Origin: Pseudorhodoplanes sp.
GTDB lineage: Bacteria > Pseudomonadota > Alphaproteobacteria > Rhizobiales > Xanthobacteraceae
DNA length: 64,000 nucleotides
Reading direction: 5' to 3'
Assembly: GCA_022843165.1 (NCBI GenBank)
Contig: JALHOD010000014.1
Coordinates: forward strand, 20,035-84,034
The position numbers and the translations under genes are program-made. The notes below the pieces were generated by a model. That model saw nothing but the letters and a program-made list of their open reading frames with translations, had not been told where the DNA came from and made no database searches. This document shows positions 1-9,104 of this stretch, piece after piece (within the stretch, counting starts at the first letter, position 1; every line of letters starts with the position of its first letter).

Positions 1-1218
1 GCCTTCGGCCGGCTGGTCGAGCCGGTCAGCAAGACGCTGAAAGCCTACGAGGAAGAAAAGAGCGAAAAGATCAGCCTGCAATCCACGCTCGCCGAGATGC
101 GCAACGCCTACAACAAGACCCGCGGCGAACTCGCGGCTTTCGAGAAGAAGTCCAACGCGCTGGAAACCGAATGCATCCGCCTGCGCCAGGATTTCTCCAT
201 CACCCAGCAGAATTTGCGGACCGCCGAGGCCGCCAAGGCCGAACAGGCGGTGGAATTGCAGACCCAGCGCGCCGCGATCATCGAACTCGACCGCCGGCTG
301 AAGCATGAAATCGCCGAACGCGAATCCTTCCGCGAGGAACATCGCCGCCTCGGCGACCGCCTCGCCTCCGCCGACAAGCGCATCTCGCAGGTCGAATCCG
401 AGGCCGAAACCGCGCGGCAGAAGCTGGTCGTGTCCGAGCGCGAAAAGGCAACGCTGCAAACCTCGTTCGACAATGCCAGCGGGGAAACCGCGCGGCTGTC
501 GCGCAAGATCGTCGAGGCCGAGAATACGGTCGCCGCGATGCAGGGCCGTGTGCGCCAGATCGAAGCCAGCTTCACCGAACTGAGCTCCGACCGCGGCCGC
601 ATCGCACAGGCGCTCGACGAGGAGCGCCAACGTCACCAGAACGAGACCCGCGCCCTGCAGGCGCGTTTCGAAGCGCTGCAGACCCGCGCCATCACAACCG
701 AGAAACTGCTCGACGAGGCGCGCGCCGCGCTGCTCGCCCGCGCCGACGACATCCGCACCTTCGAGCGCCGCGCCATCGAGGCCAACCTCACGCGCAACGC
801 GCTGGAGGCCCGGCTGAGCGAGATGCAGAACGCGGACGCGCAGCGCAATGCGGAACTCAACGACGCCGAGCAGGCACGCACCGCGCTGAACGAACGCGCC
901 GCAGCTCTCGCCAAGGCGGTGAAGACCCGCGAAACGGCGCTCAGCCGCGCGGAAGAACGCATCGCGCTGCTCACCGACCGCGTGTCGCGGCTGGAAAGCG
1001 AGTTGCAATCCAACAGCTACGCCGCCGAAAAGCAGATCGAGGAACTCTCCGCCGCCGTGCAGCGCGAGCGTGCCGAACGGGCGATGGCGGAAGGCGCGCT
1101 GGAAACCGGCCGCCGCGACCTCGCCCGGCTGCTGCGTGAAATCGCCACCCTGCAAAGCCGCGGCAATGCGCAGGCGGCGGGCGCCGACATCGACCAGCGC
1201 TTCATCAACGCGGCCTGA
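1..1218 (+). CDS. Coiled-coil protein, 5'-truncated by the window edge (SMC/crescentin-like heptad-rich sequence)
   Basis: The frame of ORF 97..1218 is open back to nt 1. It is very rich in E/R/A/L/Q with long predicted alpha-helical coiled coil and no enzymatic motif. A strong terminator follows. Confidence 0.7.
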   Translation, partial: AFGRLVEPVSKTLKAYEEEKSEKISLQSTLAEMRNAYNKTRGELAAFEKKSNALETECIRLRQDFSITQQNLRTAEAAKAEQAVELQTQRAAIIELDRRLKHEIAERESFREEHRRLGDRLASADKRISQVESEAETARQKLVVSEREKATLQTSFDNASGETARLSRKIVEAENTVAAMQGRVRQIEASFTELSSDRGRIAQALDEERQRHQNETRALQARFEALQTRAITTEKLLDEARAALLARADDIRTFERRAIEANLTRNALEARLSEMQNADAQRNAELNDAEQARTALNERAAALAKAVKTRETALSRAEERIALLTDRVSRLESELQSNSYAAEKQIEELSAAVQRERAERAMAEGALETGRRDLARLLREIATLQSRGNAQAAGADIDQRFINAA

Positions 1219-1243
1219 TCGCGGCGTCATTTCCGGACGGAAC

Positions 1244-1273
1244 AATCGCCGGGCAAACGCCCGGCGATTTTTT
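1244..1273 (+). terminator. Rho-independent terminator
   Basis: 11-bp perfect stem aatcgccgggc / gcccggcgatt (1244-1254, 1259-1269), loop aaac, then a T-run to 1273, 26 nt after the stop codon. Confidence 0.75.
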
Positions 1274-1281
1274 GCGCCAGT

Positions 1282-1368
1282 GTCATGGCCGGACTTGTCC
1301 CGACCCTGCCACTGAGGATGGCCCCTGCCCGCCTTGGCGGGATGCGCGGGTCAAGCCCGCGCATGACG
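1282..1368. repeat. REP-like intergenic hairpin elements
   Basis: The motif ggccggacttgtcccg (1287-1302) recurs identically at 51877-51892. A perfect 9-bp hairpin atgcgcggg-tcaag-cccgcgcat lies at 1342-1364. A similar atggccggg...cccggccat hairpin lies at 33982-34006. Confidence 0.5.
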
Positions 1369-1452
1369 AAACGACGATATGACATGCCTCATCCCTCCCG
1401 CGGCGCGATCGCGCCCGGGGTTTGGGTCATTCCCGCCCCCGAGAGAATGAGG

Positions 1453-1568
1453 GCGCGCGGAACGCCGGGGTCCCAGGGGACCCGCGGACCCCGGCGCCTC
1501 GCGGCACCGAGGCTTGCCGAAGTCTATTTAGAGCCGCCAGTCCGCCGGTCGCCCGGCGTTCCGCGCGC
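1453..1568. repeat. 17-bp perfect inverted repeat enclosing an 82-nt GC-rich structured spacer
   Basis: gcgcgcggaacgccggg (1453-1469) is the exact reverse complement of cccggcgttccgcgcgc (1552-1568). Inner hairpins include gggtcc-cagg-ggaccc and cctcg-cggcac-cgagg. No credible ORF covers it. Confidence 0.6.
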
Positions 1569-1970
1569 GGTGTTTGAGGCTTGCTCTGCACCAACCCCGG
1601 AGGACAGACGGCCCTGTTGCGGGCATCCCCTTGATATCCTCCGCTGGTGATCCGCGGCCGGCGGACCGGATCAGCGCAGCTTGGGCCGCGGGCCTGGGGT
1701 GTACGTCCGGCACCCCGAAACCCGCCACCGCTCCCCGCCCCGCGTCTCATGACGCTGATCAGACGCCCCTCCGTGGAGCGGGATATATAGAATATAATCC
1801 TATTTCCGACCGAACCGCCAATCACGAATTATGACTAAAATCCTATATTTGTGATTTAACCCGCCCCCGTCAGGGCGGTCTGTCCAACCAGCCACGCTTT
1901 TCCCATACTCAACAAGATAGGGCCATGGATGCCCACGATAAGGGCAGGCATGATCATGACGAAATGAAAA

Positions 1971-2800
1971 TTGTATAATGTGAAAAGCCGTCAGAGACGC
2001 CGGATGACCCATCACCGCCCGAGAGACTACCCACTCTGGTTCCGTGTCATAGTTGTGCTGACGCTTGCTTTGCTTGCGATCAATTCGTTGTTCTTCTTAG
2101 CACCGGCGGCGACATTTATTTCATGGGCGAAAAATGCCTCCCCCTTCAACACAAATGATATTCTCGCGGGCTTAGGGACATTAACAGCATCGTTTGCTGG
2201 CGCATGGTTTGCGTTCAAATTTGCCAAACTCCAGCGAGACAAAGAGCGCACAGATGATGAAGTTACGGCGGGAAATCGCGCCTTGTATACACTGACAGAA
2301 ATCAACAACTCTCTTTTGCAGCATCAACAAGAAGCGGTCGAAAAATTTCGAGGCTGAAACGACGCTTGGTTTAATTTGCCAGCAACACAATCAATTGATC
2401 CGCTCGACATTTCGTTTGAAATGAAAGATTTGTCATTCTTGATGCAAACTGACGCCACAACGTTTCAAAAAGTGTCGAATAGCACCGCTTTAAGACTGTA
2501 GCCTCTTGGATAAACGAACACAGAGAACTTGTTATCTCCGAAATATTTCCTCGCCTGAGCACCGCGGGACTTCGTATCGGCGACAACCGACCATCCTCTG
2601 AGATAGAGGGGATTCTTGGAGCGGGAAACGTTCAACGACTTCGCGTTTTAACAAGTTCAATTATTAAATCCACAGATCAAAACGTGACCTCATCAAGAGC
2701 TGCATTTAGTGAGCTCCGGAATTCACTAAAGAAAATATACCCAGACAGAAAATTCATAAATATTGCTCCCGTCCCTAAATCGGCGAGAAGATTCGGATAG
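1971..2800 (+). pseudogene. Decayed low-GC gene for a two-TM membrane protein (in-frame TGA plus frameshift)
   Basis: ORF 1971..2357 (two hydrophobic helices) continues in the same frame past TGA 2355-2357 to TAG 2499-2501. A third protein-like piece, 2483..2800, lies in another frame and has no start codon, so it is absent from the ORF track. Two counted lines gave 45% and 37% GC versus about 65% in flanking genes. Confidence 0.5.
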
Positions 2801-2915
2801 TGGAGCAAACGCGGGTAATGAATTTGGGCTATGTTTTTGCAATAAACGTATCTACTAGGTCGCTTGGGGTCCAAGAACCTATTAGGAATTGCTAGTCAGT
2901 GATTCCCGAGCACCC

Positions 2916-4040
2916 ATGCCCGCCTTTTCGCCGCACCAGCAATCCGCCCTGAAAGCCGTCGCGCAATGGCTCGACGACAAGCCGGGCGAGCACGCCAACC
3001 AGGTGTTCCGGCTGTTCGGCTATGCCGGCACCGGCAAGACCACGCTCGCCAAGCACATCGCCGACGAGGCCGACGGCAAGGTGCTGTTCGCGGCCTTTAC
3101 CGGCAAGGCGGCGCAGGTGATGCGCAGCAAGGGCTGCTACAACGCCTCCACCATCCACAGCCTGATCTACAAGACGCGCGAGAGCGACGAGGAAATTCCG
3201 AGCTTCGAATTGTGGGACGACGCGCCGGCCTCGAAAGCGAAACTCATCATCATCGACGAATGCTCGATGGTGGACGCCGAACTCGGCCGCGACCTGCTCT
3301 CCTTCGGCATTCCGCTATTGGTGCTGGGCGACCCCGCGCAATTGCCGCCGATCCAGGGCGGCGGCTTCTTCACCGAGGTGGAACCCGACGCCATGCTGAC
3401 CGAGGTGCACCGGCAGGCGCAGGACGATCCGATCGTGCGGCTGTCGATGGACATCCGCGAAGGCCGTCCCATCGCGGCCGGCGTTTACGGCGAGACCCAG
3501 ATCGTCGCAAAATCGGCGCTCGATCCGCAGCGGGTGCTGGACGCCGACCAGGTGCTGGTCGGGCGCAACAACACACGCCGCGCCTATAACGAGCGCATGC
3601 GCCAGCGCCGCGGCATCGAAGAAGCCCTGCCGGTCGCCGGCGACAAGCTGGTCTGCCTGCGCAACAACCGCAAGAAGGGTTTGTTCAACGGCGGGCTGTG
3701 GACGGTGAAGGAACGCAGCGCCGGACGCAGCGGCATCCTCAAGATGCGGATCGCGCCGGACGAGGAGAATTTCGGCGGACTGCTCGGCACCCGCGCCAAG
3801 AAAGTGTCGGTGCGCAAGGAATGTTTCCTCGGCGGCATCGAGGATTTCGAGTGGCCGCAGCGCAAGGCCTATGACGAATTCGATTACGGCTATGTGCTGA
3901 CCGTGCACAAGGCGCAAGGCTCGCAATGGGACGACGTGGTGCTGTTCGACGAATCCTTCGCGTTCCAGGACAGCCGCGCGCGCTGGCTCTATACCGGCAT
4001 CACGCGCGCGGCCAAGAAGCTGACGCTCGTGCTATCGTGA
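2916..4040 (+). CDS. RecD/Dda-like SF1 DNA helicase (AAA_30 plus UvrD_C_2 type)
   Basis: Walker A GYAGTGKTT, Walker B IIIDECSMVD, VLGDPAQLPPI, and C-terminal LTVHKAQGSQWDDVVL. The ATG at 2916 is preferred over the TTG at 2889. Confidence 0.85.
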   Translation: MPAFSPHQQSALKAVAQWLDDKPGEHANQVFRLFGYAGTGKTTLAKHIADEADGKVLFAAFTGKAAQVMRSKGCYNASTIHSLIYKTRESDEEIPSFELWDDAPASKAKLIIIDECSMVDAELGRDLLSFGIPLLVLGDPAQLPPIQGGGFFTEVEPDAMLTEVHRQAQDDPIVRLSMDIREGRPIAAGVYGETQIVAKSALDPQRVLDADQVLVGRNNTRRAYNERMRQRRGIEEALPVAGDKLVCLRNNRKKGLFNGGLWTVKERSAGRSGILKMRIAPDEENFGGLLGTRAKKVSVRKECFLGGIEDFEWPQRKAYDEFDYGYVLTVHKAQGSQWDDVVLFDESFAFQDSRARWLYTGITRAAKKLTLVLS

Positions 4041-4067
4041 TGGCTGCCCCGCACAGGAGAGGCAGGC

Positions 4068-5900
4068 ATGGCGGCTGAAGGACAAGGCAGCGAACTGATC
4101 CAGGTGGTGGCCCTGCTCGCGGCCGGCGTCGTTGCGGTGCCGCTGTTCAAGTGGCTGGGGCTGGGCTCGGTGCTGGGCTATCTCACCGCCGGCCTGATCA
4201 TCGGCCCGTACGGGCTGAAGCTGTTCACCGATCCGCAGGCGATCCTGCACATCGCCGAACTCGGCGTGGTAATGTTTCTGTTCGTGATCGGACTGGAAAT
4301 GCAGCCGTCGCGGCTGTGGTCGCTGCGGGGCAATATTTTCGGGCTGGGCGTGGCGCAGGTCGCGGTCTGCGGCGCGATGTTGACCGGCGTCGGCATCGCG
4401 GCCGGCTTTCCGCCCGTCATCGCCCTGATCGCCGCCATGGGTTTTGTGCTGACCTCGACCGCGATCGTGATGCAGATCCTCGAGGAGCGCGGCATCACCT
4501 CGACCGAGCGCGGCCAGCGCATGATCTCGATCCTGCTGCTGGAGGACCTCGCGATCGTGCCGCTGCTGGCTTTGGTCGCCCTGCTCTCGCCCGGCGCCAG
4601 CGCCGCCGGCGGCGGCCTTCACTGGCAGAACATCGCGATCGCCGCGGGTTCGCTCGCCGCGCTGGTGATTGCCGGCCGCTTTCTGCTGAATCCGATGTTC
4701 CGCCTGCTGGCGGACGCGCATGCGCGCGAGGTGCTGACCGCCGCCGCCCTGCTCGTGGTGCTGGGCTCGGCGCTGGCGATGCAGATCGGCGGTTTGTCGA
4801 TGGCGATGGGCGCTTTCCTAGCCGGCGTATTGCTGTCGGAATCCACCTTCCGGCATCAGCTGGAAGCCGACATCGAACCGTTCCGCGGCATCCTGCTCGG
4901 CCTGTTCTTCCTCAGCGTCGGCATGGCGCTCGACCTGTCGGTGATGGCGACCGAATGGCGCATCATTCTGCTCGCGGTCTTCGCCTATATGCTGGTGAAA
5001 GCCATCGGCATCTACATCGTCGCGCGACTGTTCAAGGCGGCGCACCGGGAATCGATCTATCGCGCGGCCATCTTCGCGCAGGGCGGCGAGTTCGCCTTCG
5101 TGCTGTATGCCGCCGCGGCCGCGGCCGGCATCTTCGACGCGCGCATCAACGCCATCCTCACCGCCACCATCATCATCTCGATGGCGCTGACGCCGATCGG
5201 ACTCATCATCTTGCGTCGGCTGGTGCCGATCCCGGTCCAGCAGTCCATGGACGGCGTGCAGGAGGCCAGCCATCTCGCCGGATCGGTGCTGATCATCGGC
5301 TTCGGCCGCTTCGGCCAGGTAGTGAGCCAGTCGTTCCTCGCGCGCGGCTGCGACATCGCCATCATCGACACCGACACCGACATGATCCGCAGCGCCGCCG
5401 ATTTCGGCTTCAAGATCTATTACGGCGACGGCACGCGGCTCGACGTGCTGCGCGCCTCCGGCGCGGCAAATGCCAGGATGATCGCGGTCTGCGTCGACAA
5501 CCGCCAGACCGCCAACAAAATCCTCGAACTCGCCAAGGCGGAATTCCCGCTGGCGCAGACGCTGGTGCGCTCCTACGACCGGGAACATGCGCTGGAACTG
5601 ATCCAGGCCGGGGTCGATTACCAGATCCGCGAAACCTTCGAATCGGCGATGAAATTCGGCGAAGAGGCGCTGCGGCGTCTGGAGGTGCCGGAGGAGGAAC
5701 TGGCCGAGATCATGCAACGGCTGCGGGAGCGCGACGCCGAGCGGGTGTCGCTGGAAATCGCCGGCGGACTGATGGCCGGCCGCGCCCTGATCCAGGGCAA
5801 TGCGCCGCGCCCTACGCCCTTTACCCCGCCGCGGCGCGCGGCGCGGCCGCTCAGCGAGGAAACGGCGACCGTGGCGGCCTCAAAGCCCGAGACCGGATGA
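4068..5900 (+). CDS. CPA2-family K+/H+ antiporter, KefB/KefC-like, with a C-terminal TrkA-N (RCK) domain
   Basis: About 12 TM segments, then a Rossmann motif IIGFGRFGQVV. An RBS aggagagg precedes the ATG. Confidence 0.9.
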   Translation: MAAEGQGSELIQVVALLAAGVVAVPLFKWLGLGSVLGYLTAGLIIGPYGLKLFTDPQAILHIAELGVVMFLFVIGLEMQPSRLWSLRGNIFGLGVAQVAVCGAMLTGVGIAAGFPPVIALIAAMGFVLTSTAIVMQILEERGITSTERGQRMISILLLEDLAIVPLLALVALLSPGASAAGGGLHWQNIAIAAGSLAALVIAGRFLLNPMFRLLADAHAREVLTAAALLVVLGSALAMQIGGLSMAMGAFLAGVLLSESTFRHQLEADIEPFRGILLGLFFLSVGMALDLSVMATEWRIILLAVFAYMLVKAIGIYIVARLFKAAHRESIYRAAIFAQGGEFAFVLYAAAAAAGIFDARINAILTATIIISMALTPIGLIILRRLVPIPVQQSMDGVQEASHLAGSVLIIGFGRFGQVVSQSFLARGCDIAIIDTDTDMIRSAADFGFKIYYGDGTRLDVLRASGAANARMIAVCVDNRQTANKILELAKAEFPLAQTLVRSYDREHALELIQAGVDYQIRETFESAMKFGEEALRRLEVPEEELAEIMQRLRERDAERVSLEIAGGLMAGRALIQGNAPRPTPFTPPRRAARPLSEETATVAASKPETG

Positions 5901-5923
5901 CGGCACCCACGCTGTTGCGCCGT

Positions 5924-6175
5924 CTAGACGGATTTCAGCCGCTCAAGCCGTCCGGCATTCGGACAAAAGGCCGGCGCATGCGCCACATGCCCGGGCGCGC
6001 GGGCGAGCCAGTCGACGCAGACATCCCCCGCGCCGCAGCCGCGGCAGGTGCGGATGGCGTCGGCGAGATCGAGGCCGCCGCGGCTGAGGGCCAAGCGGTC
6101 GATATCGACCCCGACCTTCTCCATCATCGCGGTCATGCTGATCATCTTGCGGTCCATGCGGTCGAGGAATGACAT
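5924..6175 (-). CDS. Small Cys-containing protein, DUF6455-like
   Basis: MSFLDRMDRKMISMTAMMEKVGVD...CRGCGAGDVCVDWL pattern. The ATG at 6175 is preferred. Confidence 0.5.
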   Translation of the reverse strand: MSFLDRMDRKMISMTAMMEKVGVDIDRLALSRGGLDLADAIRTCRGCGAGDVCVDWLARAPGHVAHAPAFCPNAGRLERLKSV

Positions 6176-6247
6176 GGCAATCTCCGTCCTGTGCAATTTT
6201 AAAAAGACTGCGCCGGGGGCGGAGAAAAACCTTGATCCAGCGCAAAG

Positions 6248-6742
6248 TCAGGCCCCGGGCGCCCGCTCCGCGGCGCGCTTCAGCCGCACGATGGCCTGGT
6301 CCAGAGCCGCCAGGAACGCCGAGCGGTCGCGCGGCGAAAACGGCTTTGGCCCGCTGGTGACCGCCCCGGCCGAGCGCAGGTCGTCCATCAGGTTGCGGGT
6401 GGCGAGGGTCAGGCCGATGGAATCCTCGGTGAAGACGCGGCCATTCGGCGCGATCACGGCCGCGCCCGCCTTCACGCCGCGGCTGGCCAGCGGGATGTCG
6501 GCGGTGACGACGATCCTGCCGGGTGCCGCGCGCTCGGCGATCCAGTTGTCGGCTTCGTCCATGCCGGAAGGCACGATCACGCGCTCGATCATCGGGTCGC
6601 GCGGCACGTTGATGAACGCGTTCGACACCACGATCACTTTCAGGCCGTGGCGCTCGGCCACCTTGTAGATCTCGTTCTTCACCGGACAGGCGTCGGCGTC
6701 GACATAGATCTCGATGGATTGCGGGGCGGATGGCGTTACCAT
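6248..6742 (-). CDS. YaiI/YqxD family protein (UPF0178/DUF188)
   Basis: N-terminal [11 protein letters not shown] motif and a typical length of about 160 aa. Confidence 0.85.
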   Translation of the reverse strand: MVTPSAPQSIEIYVDADACPVKNEIYKVAERHGLKVIVVSNAFINVPRDPMIERVIVPSGMDEADNWIAERAAPGRIVVTADIPLASRGVKAGAAVIAPNGRVFTEDSIGLTLATRNLMDDLRSAGAVTSGPKPFSPRDRSAFLAALDQAIVRLKRAAERAPGA

Positions 6743-6780
6743 GGCGGCCTGATTGGCATGTCACGAAACAGATTGAAAGC

Positions 6781-7437
6781 ATGATTGTCCGTCGCTCCGC
6801 CGCGCAGCTTTTCCTCGTGCTGTCATGTGCGCTCGTGCCGGTTGCTCATGCAGCGGCCGATCTCTGCACCCTCGCCCGCCAATCCGGCACGCCGCAGATC
6901 CCAGGACTGACCATGGTCTATCTGTCGCCGCTCGGCGATCCGGCGGCGGCGAACCGGTGGCAGCACATCATCATCCATCAGATGGAAGGCCCGGCAGGCG
7001 CCGCCCGCAACGGCGCGCTGGCGCAGGCGAAGGATCCGGCGCGGCGTGGCGTCACGCTATGGGTGGAGACCGACGGCACGGTCTACTGGGCGGTGCCGGA
7101 AACCGCAATCCCGACCCATGGCGACGGCGCCAATCGCAACGACAACAAATATCTGCCGAACATCGCGACCTATCGTCGGGTGCTGAAGGAGAACAGCCTG
7201 GGCATCGAATTTGCGGGAAATTTTCCGGACGTGCGCAAGCCCGCGACGTCGGCGCAATTCGATGCGCTGTTGAAGCTTCTGCCGTTCCTGCAGCAGCGCT
7301 ACAACATCCCGCCGGACAAAATCTACGCGCATAACTGGATCGACTACAAGGACCACCGCTATTGCGAGGGCTGCGAGCTGGCGGAGGCGGCGAGGAAGCT
7401 CGATTACGTCCCGTCGGCACAGAAGTGCGGACGGTGA
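6781..7437 (+). CDS. Secreted N-acetylmuramoyl-L-alanine amidase domain protein (Amidase_2/PGRP fold)
   Basis: Signal peptide MIVRRSAAQLFLVLSCALVPVAHAA. Also IIIHQMEG, THGDGANRN, SLGIEFAGNF and YAHNWI blocks typical of Amidase_2. Confidence 0.75.
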   Translation: MIVRRSAAQLFLVLSCALVPVAHAAADLCTLARQSGTPQIPGLTMVYLSPLGDPAAANRWQHIIIHQMEGPAGAARNGALAQAKDPARRGVTLWVETDGTVYWAVPETAIPTHGDGANRNDNKYLPNIATYRRVLKENSLGIEFAGNFPDVRKPATSAQFDALLKLLPFLQQRYNIPPDKIYAHNWIDYKDHRYCEGCELAEAARKLDYVPSAQKCGR

Positions 7438-7483
7438 ATATTGCGGCCCGATCGTCTATGATGGCGACCGCGGAGCCGCGCCC

Positions 7484-7696
7484 ATGCCTTATGCCAGCAA
7501 CGCCGACCTGCCCGCCTCGGTGCGCCATCATCTGCCGCCGCATGCGCAGGACATCTATCGCGAAGCGTTCAATCATGCCTTCGCCGCGCATGCTGGCGAG
7601 GCCGATCACGAGGCGCGCGCGCACCGCATCGCCTGGGGAGCGGTGAAGCGGAGTTATGAGAAGATCGGGGACGAGTGGATGGCGAAGGAGCGGTGA
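7484..7696 (+). CDS. ChaB family protein
   Basis: MPYASNADLPASVRHHLPPHAQDIYREAFNHAF is the ChaB signature. 70 aa. Confidence 0.8.
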   Translation: MPYASNADLPASVRHHLPPHAQDIYREAFNHAFAAHAGEADHEARAHRIAWGAVKRSYEKIGDEWMAKER

Positions 7697-7711
7697 GCGA
7701 GCCAAATTTCC

Positions 7712-8887
7712 TTACCGCACCAGTTCCCGCATCGCGCGATCGAGACCGTCGAGGGTCAGCGGATACATCCGCCCGCCCATGAGTTGCTTCATCATGCGGA
7801 TCGACTGGGTGTAGTCCCACTCGCCTTCCGGCACCGGATTGAGCCACACCGCCGCCGGATAGGTGCGCGTGATGCGCTCCATCCAGACCGCGCCGGCCTC
7901 CTCGTTCATGTGCTCGACCGAGCCGCCCGCCATCGCGATCTCGTACGGCGACATCGCGGCGTCGCCGACGAAGATCACTTTGTAGTCGTGCGGATATTTG
8001 TGCATCACGTCGAAGGTCGGCGTGGTCTCCTGCCAGCGCCGCCGGTTCTCCTTCCACACCCGCTCGTAGAGACAATTGTGGAAGTAGAAATGCTCCATGT
8101 GCTTGAACTCGGCGCGCGCCGCCGAAAACAGTTCCTCGGTCGCCTTGATGTGCCAGTCCATCGAGCCGCCGACATCGAAGAACAACAGCACCTTCACGGC
8201 GTTGTGCCGCTCCGGCCGCATGTGGATGTCGAGATAGCCCTTGTGCGCGGTGCCCTTGATGGTGCGGTCCAGATCGAGCTCGTCGGCAGTGCCGGTGCGC
8301 GCGAACTTGCGCAGCCGGCGCAGCGCCACCTTGATGTTGCGGGTGCCCAGTTCGACGTCGTCGTCGAAGTCCCTGAACTCGCGCTTGTCCCAGACCTTGA
8401 CCGCGCGGAAATTGCGGTTGGTGTCCTGGCCGATGCGGATGCCTTCCGGGTTGTAGCCATAGGCGCCGAACGGCGACGTGCCGCCGGTGCCGATCCACTT
8501 GCTGCCGCCCTGATGACGACCCTTCTGCTCGGCCAGCCGCTTCTTTAAAGTCTCCATCAGCTTGTCGAGGCCGCCGAGCGCCTCGATCTGCTTCTTTTCT
8601 TCTTCGGTGAGGTATTTTTCGGTGAGCTTGCGCAGCCATTCTTCGGGGATCTCGGCCGAGAGCGCCTCCGCCATCAGGTCGAGACCCTTGAAGACATGGC
8701 CGAAGACGCGATCGAACTTGTCGAGATTGCGCTCGTCCTTCACCAGCAGCGCGCGCGACAGGTAGTAAAAATCCTCAATCCGGCGGGACGCCAGATCGGC
8801 GTCCATCGCCTCCATCAGCGCCAGATATTCGCGCAAGGTGACCGGCACGCCGGCGGATTTCAGCTCGCTGAAGAAGGTAATGAACAT
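7712..8887 (-). CDS. VWA domain protein, CoxE-like
   Basis: N-terminus MFITFFSELKSAGVPVTLREYLALMEA. C-terminal VWA block VLLFFDVGGSMD (MIDAS-like DxGxS). ATG at 8887. Confidence 0.75.
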   Translation of the reverse strand: MFITFFSELKSAGVPVTLREYLALMEAMDADLASRRIEDFYYLSRALLVKDERNLDKFDRVFGHVFKGLDLMAEALSAEIPEEWLRKLTEKYLTEEEKKQIEALGGLDKLMETLKKRLAEQKGRHQGGSKWIGTGGTSPFGAYGYNPEGIRIGQDTNRNFRAVKVWDKREFRDFDDDVELGTRNIKVALRRLRKFARTGTADELDLDRTIKGTAHKGYLDIHMRPERHNAVKVLLFFDVGGSMDWHIKATEELFSAARAEFKHMEHFYFHNCLYERVWKENRRRWQETTPTFDVMHKYPHDYKVIFVGDAAMSPYEIAMAGGSVEHMNEEAGAVWMERITRTYPAAVWLNPVPEGEWDYTQSIRMMKQLMGGRMYPLTLDGLDRAMRELVR

Positions 8888-9104
8888 CGACCGCCCGGGA
8901 ATTCCGGCCTCATTTGTCTGCATATCCGGCGGGTTATCGCGTTTGCCGCGCGCCCCCGGCCAGCACCGCTCATCAAATCTGGTCGTCCCGGCACAAGTTC
9001 AACCGATACCAGTAGATGAATATTAACCCTGCATTTTAGACATTTTTCGCAGCGCGGCATTGATTTTTTTATCGGATATAAGCTCTGACAGAGGAGCGGG
9101 GGCA

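Noticed and set aside
1400-1830. Possible tmRNA, RNase P RNA, 6S RNA or tRNA (an island integration target) in the structured GC-rich region
   Set aside because: I found no tRNA-like T-arm or CCA end and no ANDN-type tag reading frame. The RNase P P4 motif (GGAAAGUCCGG) is also absent. It is left as an unclassified structured or REP-like region.
2355-2357. In-frame TGA as selenocysteine or programmed read-through
   Set aside because: There is no SECIS-like hairpin immediately downstream. The gene also carries a separate frameshift near 2480-2500, so simple decay is the more economical explanation.
1790-2915. Calling the low-GC islet a mobile element or prophage remnant
   Set aside because: I found no integrase, transposase, tRNA target, or convincing flanking direct or inverted repeats; only short cctat-type similarities were seen. 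It is reported only as a compositional islet with a pseudogene.
4151-6172. 673-aa alternative-frame ORF over the kefB/C-like gene, and ORFs 4032..4721 and 4818..5717 on the minus strand
   Set aside because: Their Arg/Pro/Gly-rich composition is not protein-like. The 4068..5900 frame gives a complete CPA2 plus RCK architecture.
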